The notes under the pieces are model-generated. The model saw only the letters and a list, made by a program, of their open reading frames with translations. It was not told the DNA's origin and searched no databases. Below are positions 37,034 to 44,794 of a stretch of DNA of 64,000 bases, one piece after another. This DNA is from a virus (taxonomy: Duplodnaviria; Caudoviricetes), in IMG/VR virus record IMGVR_UViG_3300033463_000008, one strand, 5' to 3'. Each line of letters opens with the position of its first letter. Within the stretch, counting starts at the first letter, position 1. The position numbers were made by a program, and so were the translations under genes.

Positions 37034-38587
37034 ATGCCGGAAACACGAACCAAGTTCGAATATGAAATACGGGTTCTCGACAAGTTCAGGAAACCCATCC
37101 GTGCACTGCTGAAGGAGCACAACATTCCCGAAAGGGACCATGACTATTACTGGTTAATCATACACTGGATAACGAAAGGGCTCATCGAGTCCTATCGCAA
37201 GGCGTATCTGGCAACCATGAAGCCGCCAAAGTGCCGCGAATGGTACTGCCGCCTCTATTCGAAAATCATGGACAACGCCATGGGACACAAGTACATCGAG
37301 GTCTTCGAGAACTTGAAGACCTGGGGTGTCGTCATGCGCGGCGCCTCGTATTGCAAGGCTACCGGGAACGCACCCGGACTGAGCAAGGCGGTATGGTTCG
37401 GTGAAGGGTTCGGGTGGATGCTCAAGGAATACTGCTATGCCAAGGATGTGGCCCATCTGTACGGCAAGGGCAATTTCCATGCTGGCCGTCTGATGCCGGT
37501 GAAGCTCAAGTCAAGAATCCTGTTGAAACGGTTGGAAAAGTGCGCCGAGGAGCGTAAACGGGTTCAGCTCATGGACCCGGTTGTCAATGATGCGCACCGC
37601 AACCTGAAACATTTCCACATCGACCGCGCAAAGGCACAGCGTGCCCTTGTGAGGGCCGGCGTCAAGGGGAAGAAACTTGTCAATGAGATGCGCAAGGTTG
37701 ACCGGTTCAATGACGCCGAGAAAAGCGATACTTCCCTGTTTGTCGTACGTGACGACTATGGCCGCGTGCATACCAATATTACCCAGGTAAAGCGCGAAGT
37801 CAGGGAATCCGCATTGACATGCGATGGCGGACCTGTCACCGAGGTTGACATCAAGAGCAGCCAGGGTGCCTTCCTTTGCTACATCATCGAGGGGTGCCTG
37901 AAGAACATTCCGGCAATGATAGGGAGAAACGGGCAGTCGTTCATCTCGATACCCAAGGACTTTGCAGCCAGCATAGGGGCGGACAGGATAGGACGCGAAT
38001 TCAATGATTTCCGTGACAGGCTGAACCGTCATGAACTCTATGAATTCTTCGCTTCCGAAATGTCGCAGGATTGCGACCTCGACATGGACGTGGACAGGGA
38101 TACCGCCAAGACGGCGTTCCTTGCAACATTGTTTGCCGGCATTAACCTGGACCCTGGCTGTGACCAGACATGGCACGCATGCCGCAGGGTTTGGGAGGAA
38201 CATTATCCATGCCTGAACCGTCTGATCCAGGAGCTGAAGCGAATTAACTACCGGGCCCTTGCTTACGAGCTGCAGAGGATGGAAAGTTCCTTCGTGTTTG
38301 ACTGTGTCATACCCAGGATACAGAGGGAAATAGGATGCCCGTACTGCACTGTCCATGACGAGGTGATTGTTCCGTCCGCCCATGGCGATGCCGTGAAGCG
38401 GATAATCGACGAGGAACTTGACAGGTTTGGTATCCCGACGACTACCGTGGAAGAAAAGGCCGTGCTTGATCCTGACGATGCGACAGTCAATGCCGAGATG
38501 GCTTCGTTCTACGAGGTCGGGTATTATTGCGGATGGGGTGACGCGGTTGACATGCACATCGCCGACGAGTACGCTAACGCGATATAA
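37034..38587 (+). CDS. Family-A polymerase-fold protein without exonuclease domains
   Basis: YGRVHT, motif A EVDIKSSQ, motif B RDTAKTAFLATLF, LQRMES and motif C TVHDEVIV. Upstream GTG at 36959 is an alternative start. Confidence 0.75.
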   Translation: MPETRTKFEYEIRVLDKFRKPIRALLKEHNIPERDHDYYWLIIHWITKGLIESYRKAYLATMKPPKCREWYCRLYSKIMDNAMGHKYIEVFENLKTWGVVMRGASYCKATGNAPGLSKAVWFGEGFGWMLKEYCYAKDVAHLYGKGNFHAGRLMPVKLKSRILLKRLEKCAEERKRVQLMDPVVNDAHRNLKHFHIDRAKAQRALVRAGVKGKKLVNEMRKVDRFNDAEKSDTSLFVVRDDYGRVHTNITQVKREVRESALTCDGGPVTEVDIKSSQGAFLCYIIEGCLKNIPAMIGRNGQSFISIPKDFAASIGADRIGREFNDFRDRLNRHELYEFFASEMSQDCDLDMDVDRDTAKTAFLATLFAGINLDPGCDQTWHACRRVWEEHYPCLNRLIQELKRINYRALAYELQRMESSFVFDCVIPRIQREIGCPYCTVHDEVIVPSAHGDAVKRIIDEELDRFGIPTTTVEEKAVLDPDDATVNAEMASFYEVGYYCGWGDAVDMHIADEYANAI

Positions 38588-38641
38588 TGTGTTGGCAATA
38601 TCCGCCAAGAACTATAAACTCCTGAAAAACCGGGAGTTTCA

Positions 38642-40360
38642 ATGAAATCCTTCAATAGTAATATTAAGAACCTTGATGCTTTTGCATCGTTTAAGTCCAC
38701 CTTGGAAGATGCCGGTGCAGTTGTCGATGGGTCGGTGATATGTTTTGAAGCCGATAACTCGAACGCCCGCATGCTTGTTGAATCGCTTATCGAATACGAT
38801 ATCGCCTCCCCGCTCATGGAGGCGGTGACCGATCCGAATGCCGCAAAGGACATGCTTATCGGTAAAGTTGACGAGATTGTGAATGATGCCTACCAGTCAT
38901 CTTCCGAACCATTGCGTGCCAAGATTGCCCAGGCGGTCAAGAAAAGTATTGAAAACGCGGTCAGTTCCTCGCCGGATGTCCTGACGAGAGCCGCTACTGC
39001 GCTTGAAGGCAACGATGTGAACGGTTTGAAGAAGATTGTTCACCGTACCGTCAATGCCCTTACCGCGACAGATAGTGAATTTGCATCACAGGTTGACGCT
39101 GCCGATGATGTCCGAAAGGGTCCTGTCGATGAGCTGGTGGCAAAGACACTAGAAAAGCTTGGACTTGACGCCGACAAGCATCAGCAGATTGTCGCCACGG
39201 TGAAGAACTTTATCCAGGCAAAGGCTGAAGCCAATCCGGATTATTTCAGCTATCTTACCAAGAATCCGCCGACTCTCGCCAAGCTGGTGTTTACGGCAAT
39301 TCAGAAAGAGGCGCCGGACCTTTATGAACAGTTGAAGACTTCCGGAAAGTTGAAAAACCGCAATGATACAACTGCTTCCATGGCTGGCAAGCAAAGCGTT
39401 GACGATATCAAGGCCGAATTGATGCGGGTCTTGAACCAGGTTGAAGTTCCTAGCGCATTGGTTCTTGAAGAAGAAGATGATTCCGAAGCTGACAAGGCAG
39501 TCGTTACCGCCTATGGCTTCCCGATGATTAATCTCACCTCCACGTTGGTCAGGGAAATGCTTCGTGCCCAGGATCCGTCTGCGCAGAAACGCGCTTACAA
39601 GGTGTTCAAGAAGCAGCTTAAGGCTGACCCGGATATTGCATCGGCGCTTAGCATGGGAATTGGCGGGACGCTTGGTGTGCGCGGCAGCGGCCAGTCTGCC
39701 GGTAGGGATACTGGTGCCCGTATCGATGCAAGTGTTCCGGAAAAGAACGAAAAGACTGAGGCTGTTGGACAGGATGGAAAACCGCTTATGGAAGGTTTGC
39801 TTGCGACAGTCAAGAACGCATTCAAGAGTCCGATTAATATATTGAAGGCAATTGCACAGAACAAGGGTACTCCTTGCCTCAGAAACAACCTTGTTGTCAT
39901 GTATGATGATATTGCCGGCGCGGACAGCGACAGCAATAATACCGTGAAGGCTACACCGCTTGGCGTAAGCGCGGGTGTTTTTACCGACTTGAACAAGCAA
40001 GTCCAGGTTCCTGCTTCCCATCTCGCCAAGTTCTATAGCGTGCTTGACCCGAAGAAGGCGTTCGGCAGCTATGCAAAGGCTATGGCTGAAGTGAATACCA
40101 AGAGCAATAACGCTAAAAAGGATGCCGCATTGGCAACTGGAAACAAGAAAGCCGCTGAAGATTTGGCCAAGTACTTCGTCGAAAACGGCCATCCTCCGTT
40201 CTATCTCCTTAAGCCGAGGAGTGAACCGAAGGAAATCGCCCGCTGGTGCGATGAAGACATGAGCAATGGCTTCAACATGATTTTCATAACGCTTGAAGAC
40301 CATAAGTTCGGCATGGTCGTCAAGGAAGACGTTGCCAAGGCTCTCTTTAGGGTGGGTTAA
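38642..40360 (+). CDS. Hypothetical protein, putative virion component
   Basis: 572 aa; TATAAACT upstream; LVES and LMEA motifs. Confidence 0.75.
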   Translation: MKSFNSNIKNLDAFASFKSTLEDAGAVVDGSVICFEADNSNARMLVESLIEYDIASPLMEAVTDPNAAKDMLIGKVDEIVNDAYQSSSEPLRAKIAQAVKKSIENAVSSSPDVLTRAATALEGNDVNGLKKIVHRTVNALTATDSEFASQVDAADDVRKGPVDELVAKTLEKLGLDADKHQQIVATVKNFIQAKAEANPDYFSYLTKNPPTLAKLVFTAIQKEAPDLYEQLKTSGKLKNRNDTTASMAGKQSVDDIKAELMRVLNQVEVPSALVLEEEDDSEADKAVVTAYGFPMINLTSTLVREMLRAQDPSAQKRAYKVFKKQLKADPDIASALSMGIGGTLGVRGSGQSAGRDTGARIDASVPEKNEKTEAVGQDGKPLMEGLLATVKNAFKSPINILKAIAQNKGTPCLRNNLVVMYDDIAGADSDSNNTVKATPLGVSAGVFTDLNKQVQVPASHLAKFYSVLDPKKAFGSYAKAMAEVNTKSNNAKKDAALATGNKKAAEDLAKYFVENGHPPFYLLKPRSEPKEIARWCDEDMSNGFNMIFITLEDHKFGMVVKEDVAKALFRVG

Positions 40361-41340
40361 TGCGCAAATCGCTTATACAGGCCAGACTCAAAACCTTCCT
40401 GGAAGGTACAATGAAGGACTTTACAGCCCCTCTGGATTCTGGCCGTATCGAGCGGTCTAAGAAACTCACTTACAACTACAAGGGAATCGAGAAGAATCCA
40501 TCGGGCGACGCTGTCGTCCGGTGGCATATTCCTTCCCAGACCAATCCAGGAACAGTTTACGAATGCTTCATATCGGTAAAGCCCAAGGGGATGTCTTTGT
40601 TTGCAGTGGCGAACAACGTACGCGACCTGAGGTCCAGGGTGAACGCCTTGAAGGAAGCCGATGTCAAGTGTTTCTGTCCGTGCAAGGATTTCAGATATTC
40701 AGGCGCGGCATACAACATGGCACACCTGAATGACGGGTTTGAGGCAGGGCATGGCGATGCCGGTTCCGACATTCCGCCTGACATCCGTGACCCCGAGCGC
40801 AAGCATACCATCTGCAAGCATCTTGCTGCCGCATTCAAGGGAATGCTTACTAATGCTGGCACCATAATGAAAGATGCCCGCACTGTAAAGTTTGCAAAGA
40901 AAGAACCCGACAATGTGGACATAGGTCCGCTTTCCAAGCGTAAAAAGACCGAGCCGGCTCCAGGCAAGAATCCTGATTTGTTCAATAAGCCGGTCGTGGA
41001 ACCGTCGGGCAAGAATCCGGAAGTGATTCCGGAAGCAAAAAATGTCGTCAGTGACAAGAATGCCATACCGAAAATGGAAGGCCTCAATCCGGTAAAGATA
41101 CCCGAGGCACAGGAAAGCTTGGATGCCCTTGCCGATGTTCTTGAAAAGGGCGAAGACGAAACTCCGTCTACCGCCCCCGAAGAATTGCCGGATACCGATA
41201 CCTCGGATGAAGAAAATGAAACCGAGGGCGGTGTTCCCGAGATGCCCGGCCTGAATGTTTCCAGCAAGAATGACAACTTGATGTATGATCTGGAAGATGC
41301 GGTCAGCGACCCGATTTTCAATCCGGACGAAAACGAATAA
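40360..41340 (+). CDS. SWIM zinc-finger protein with an acidic/Pro-rich tail
   Basis: CPCKDF...CKHL (CxCxnCxH). Confidence 0.8.
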   Translation: MRKSLIQARLKTFLEGTMKDFTAPLDSGRIERSKKLTYNYKGIEKNPSGDAVVRWHIPSQTNPGTVYECFISVKPKGMSLFAVANNVRDLRSRVNALKEADVKCFCPCKDFRYSGAAYNMAHLNDGFEAGHGDAGSDIPPDIRDPERKHTICKHLAAAFKGMLTNAGTIMKDARTVKFAKKEPDNVDIGPLSKRKKTEPAPGKNPDLFNKPVVEPSGKNPEVIPEAKNVVSDKNAIPKMEGLNPVKIPEAQESLDALADVLEKGEDETPSTAPEELPDTDTSDEENETEGGVPEMPGLNVSSKNDNLMYDLEDAVSDPIFNPDENE

Positions 41341-41365
41341 TGTAGTTTCTTCATGGAGGAAAACC

Positions 41366-42847
41366 ATGAATGAAGAAGCGAATGTAACCAACAATACCGA
41401 AACTCCCGAACTGGCTGACAAAGTAGATACCTTGCCGATGGATGACGTTAAGGGCGATGTGCCTGTTGACATTGAAGAACAGTATCTGGATGAGGGAGAC
41501 GCTGAAGATGAAAGCGGCTCTTTCGATAATGAACCGAGTGCAGCTAAAAACGATGCCGGCCTGCTTGACGAACCGTCCGATGAAGAAAATGAACTGAATG
41601 AAGTTCCTTCTGTCGAGGCGCTTAAGAAAGTTGATAAGGACATGCAGGATGCCATCCTTGGCAATTCGAAACAGCCGTCAGAACCAGATTCTCCGAATGT
41701 ACCTCCTGATATGCCGCACGAGATGGACGAAAAATATCCGCCGTTTGGCTTAGGGAATGAATTTTCTGGACAACAGCAGCCGAATATGGGCAATGACAGT
41801 AACGCTATTCCTCCGTACCTTACATACGAAGGTTCCCGCCTGCCTACCTATGAAGAAGCTTTGAAGCAAGTAAAACCGGATTATGACGATTTTTACTTTG
41901 GTGATCTTGGAATCAATGATGAACAGCTGCATGAGTATACTACGACACTATGGTATAAGGTGCGTACTCCAAAACAGCCCAATGGCCGCGACTACAAGGT
42001 TCTCGGAATGCCTAAATACCCGAAATTCCTGGAACGCCTGGGCGTAAAGAATATTTCCGAAGCCAGCCTGATGCAGATCTGGGAAACTTTTAGACCCAAT
42101 TCGCTAAAACGCAAACTGGAAGAGGAAGATGCGAATCGCGCAATCGTCATAACTGCACAGGCAATAGTCTCCAGGATGGTCAAGGAACATCGCCTTACGT
42201 CTGGCACCTTGACTAGCGCAGACATGAATTTCATTGCCACGAGCATCCCGGACTATTCCGAGGGGACTATCCTGTCCATCAAGGAGTACATCCGCCGTGT
42301 CTATGAAACTGACCAGAATGTGGGACCTACCTTGTTCTATGGTCCGGAGCCGAGAATGGACTGCATCGTCAGCGACCTTAATGCAGATGGTGGAAAGCTT
42401 GTTGACGGTGTTCCTTTGACTAAGCGGGATGTTGACTTGGTCAACGAGGCGACCAGGAAGGTTGCTGAAAATTTTGACAAGGGTCCAAAGGAGCCACCAA
42501 TGGTCGTGCCGCAACTCAAGATGCTCTTCTCCAGGCACAAGGACATTCCGGGCACCTTGTTTACCCGCATTTCCAAGATTCCTCCCAGTTCATGGAACAT
42601 TTCTCTTGAACGCAACCTGTTCATGATGAACTATGAAGATGGCGTCCGCAGTATCAGGATTGAAGTCATGCTGAATGACGACAGGCCGGCATTCTTCAAC
42701 ATCAACTGCAGTGCGTTGATGGATGGCAGCGGTTCGATGAAGTATCACGAAAGTTATGATACCGTAGAGGATATGGCATCTTCCGGTCCGAACGCTCTCC
42801 GACTCCTGCGCTTCGTGGCAAGCAAGTTCAGCGGCATAACCGCTTAA
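41366..42847 (+). CDS. Hypothetical protein with an acidic N-terminus; paralog of 54698-55486
   Basis: GGAGG RBS before MNEEAN; shares PTY.E, PDYDDF, YKV and PKYPKFL with the paralog. Confidence 0.75.
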   Translation: MNEEANVTNNTETPELADKVDTLPMDDVKGDVPVDIEEQYLDEGDAEDESGSFDNEPSAAKNDAGLLDEPSDEENELNEVPSVEALKKVDKDMQDAILGNSKQPSEPDSPNVPPDMPHEMDEKYPPFGLGNEFSGQQQPNMGNDSNAIPPYLTYEGSRLPTYEEALKQVKPDYDDFYFGDLGINDEQLHEYTTTLWYKVRTPKQPNGRDYKVLGMPKYPKFLERLGVKNISEASLMQIWETFRPNSLKRKLEEEDANRAIVITAQAIVSRMVKEHRLTSGTLTSADMNFIATSIPDYSEGTILSIKEYIRRVYETDQNVGPTLFYGPEPRMDCIVSDLNADGGKLVDGVPLTKRDVDLVNEATRKVAENFDKGPKEPPMVVPQLKMLFSRHKDIPGTLFTRISKIPPSSWNISLERNLFMMNYEDGVRSIRIEVMLNDDRPAFFNINCSALMDGSGSMKYHESYDTVEDMASSGPNALRLLRFVASKFSGITA

Positions 42848-42871
42848 CATATTTTCCAACTTGATGAAGAT

Positions 42872-42897
42872 GGCCACCTCTTGCGAGGTGGCCTTTT
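42872..42897 (+). terminator. Rho-independent terminator
   Basis: GGCCACCTC-TTGC-GAGGTGGCC followed by TTTT, between convergent genes. Confidence 0.85.
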
Positions 42898-42900
42898 CTG

Positions 42901-43596
42901 TTAGTAGATTGTCCTGATTTTTTCGCCTTCCGGCACGCCGGTTCGGAGGTATCTGAGTTCCAGCTTTGGCACCTTGGCCATCTTTGCATTTGCGATGGAC
43001 AGCCAGAAACCGAAGAAGTGTTCTGCCAGATATCCGTCAATTCTGCGGTTGGAATCATCCAGGCCAGCCTTCTTGTCGAATTCTGCAAGTAAAGTAAACA
43101 AATCTTTACAGTATGTATCGATAAGAGGCTTCTTGCCGATGAACATGTTGCACTGGATGAGGGACGGACCTTTCAGGTAGTTGACAAACCTGGTTCCGAG
43201 GTTGGTCTCGGTTTCTTCCAGTACCGACAGGAACATGTCAAGCCACTTCATGTACTTGGCATCGGCGAACCACATGAACGCCGAGTAGTTCTTCCTGTGG
43301 AAGAATTCGGTGACAATGATGTCCGACTTGTCGAGGAGCTCGTTCGCCTGGTTCTTGGTCAGCCGTGACCAGCCCTGGTTGTCCGCGTTTGCGAAGAATC
43401 TCCTGTAGTGTTCCAGGCCGATGATGTTTGCTGCCGAATGTTTCCACATGTAGTACAGCGCGGTTAGCTCACAGTACCATGGGTTGAGATTGTCGATATT
43501 GTCCCCCTTGTGCGGGGCGTCCACCAAGAATTTCTCCCTGCCCTCGTCGAGTTCAAGGAAATTGTTGCGTTTTGATCCTACTACATATATGCTCAT
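42901..43596 (-). CDS. DUF4422 / GT111-type glycosyltransferase (galactofuranosyltransferase-like)
   Basis: GDNI..LNPWYCELTALYYMWK, IGLEHYRRFF, CNMFI, RIDGYLAE are DUF4422 signature motifs. Confidence 0.88.
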   Translation of the reverse strand: MSIYVVGSKRNNFLELDEGREKFLVDAPHKGDNIDNLNPWYCELTALYYMWKHSAANIIGLEHYRRFFANADNQGWSRLTKNQANELLDKSDIIVTEFFHRKNYSAFMWFADAKYMKWLDMFLSVLEETETNLGTRFVNYLKGPSLIQCNMFIGKKPLIDTYCKDLFTLLAEFDKKAGLDDSNRRIDGYLAEHFFGFWLSIANAKMAKVPKLELRYLRTGVPEGEKIRTIY

Positions 43597-43612
43597 ACCC
43601 GAAAACTATATG

Positions 43613-43638
43613 AAAAAGACGGACCAGATGGCCCGTCC
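43613..43638 (-). terminator. Probable terminator
   Basis: GACGGGCCA-TC-TGGTCCGTC followed by TTTTT on the minus strand. Confidence 0.65.
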
Positions 43639-43659
43639 CTGAAATTAAGTGTTGATGAA

Positions 43660-44370
43660 CTAGACTCGTTTTGGTTTTTCCTGCCACATATTGCGAGCGT
43701 AATCCAAGGATTCGGTATCGGAATTCAGAACGACGAGACCTTGTGGAAGAGTGTAGTTTCCAAATTTTCTGCACCACAGATACATGCTGCACGGTTCATT
43801 GATACCTGCAACAGTTACCGGGATGCCGTTGCCGTAATTCGGGTCGGCTGCCAATCCTTCGACTAAGTCTTGAATAAACTGTTCAGTAGTGGTTCCTACG
43901 AGATCAAGAATGTCGAACCCAAGACGGTCTTCAAGTTCGCCGTGCGCATAAACGCCTTCAGCGGGTTCGCTATTCATGTTATCTGTGGCATCGTTAGCTC
44001 CGATTAAGCGATACTTGCCTTCCGGCTGCGGTGTCGGCTGCGGATTTTCTTCATCCGGGGACCAGCCATTGCCATCGTAGTTGAAGGTAAAGCAGGAATC
44101 ACATCCAGACTTGATAGCTTCCACGAGCGCGGCGTTTTCCTCGGTGCGCATAGACATGATTGCGTCGCCTAGCTTGGTGATAGCTTCGGCTACCATCGGG
44201 GATGGGTGATTGCAGACCTGCGGGATGCAGGGGGCGGTTTTCTTCCCATCAAAGCTTTCGAATGTCGCCTTTGCACCTGCGGCAAGCGAGTCGATGATGT
44301 AGTTGTTCTTGCCGTCCTTCATCGATTCAAGCGCGGCGTAAAATTTATCTTGAAGTTCTTGGGGAATCAT
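43660..44370 (-). CDS. Hypothetical protein, putative virion component
   Basis: TATAAACT upstream; two copies of the ALES...FES / LVEAI motif. Confidence 0.7.
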   Translation of the reverse strand: MIPQELQDKFYAALESMKDGKNNYIIDSLAAGAKATFESFDGKKTAPCIPQVCNHPSPMVAEAITKLGDAIMSMRTEENAALVEAIKSGCDSCFTFNYDGNGWSPDEENPQPTPQPEGKYRLIGANDATDNMNSEPAEGVYAHGELEDRLGFDILDLVGTTTEQFIQDLVEGLAADPNYGNGIPVTVAGINEPCSMYLWCRKFGNYTLPQGLVVLNSDTESLDYARNMWQEKPKRV

Positions 44371-44407
44371 GTTAACCTCTGAATTATAACATTTTCAGTT
44401 TATACGA

Positions 44408-44770
44408 CTACCAGTATTTTCTGGCGTCATGGATTATCGCCAGCAGCTTTTCGCGCTCTTCCGCATCGGTGGGGATTGCTGTGCGGATTTCAATCATTTG
44501 CAGTTCTTCCTTGTCGCCAGGCATCATGCGGTCAAATGTGAAACCGGTAATCGTGTTGGTATCGGCGTTAATCTGGTCCTCAAAATCATAGGCGAGTGTC
44601 TGGCTTTCGGTTTCGAGCACCCTGATGTATTCGCCTGTCTGGATTTGGGCGACGACCACGTACCGGTGTTCGCTATCCTTGCTTCTGGTGAAGGTGTGAA
44701 ATAAGTTCAATAACCAGTTGCCTACGATGCACCCGTAAACTGCCGATGCTACTTGATTGACTGTTATCAT
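44408..44770 (-). CDS. Hypothetical protein with an N-terminal hydrophobic segment
   Basis: GGAGG RBS before MITVNQ. Confidence 0.65.
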   Translation of the reverse strand: MITVNQVASAVYGCIVGNWLLNLFHTFTRSKDSEHRYVVVAQIQTGEYIRVLETESQTLAYDFEDQINADTNTITGFTFDRMMPGDKEELQMIEIRTAIPTDAEEREKLLAIIHDARKYW

Positions 44771-44794
44771 TTGCTTACCTCCTGGCAAACTATG

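Noticed and set aside
37034-38587. Reverse transcriptase or main replicative polymerase
   Set aside because: No YxDD motif; motifs are family-A type; no proofreading domain.
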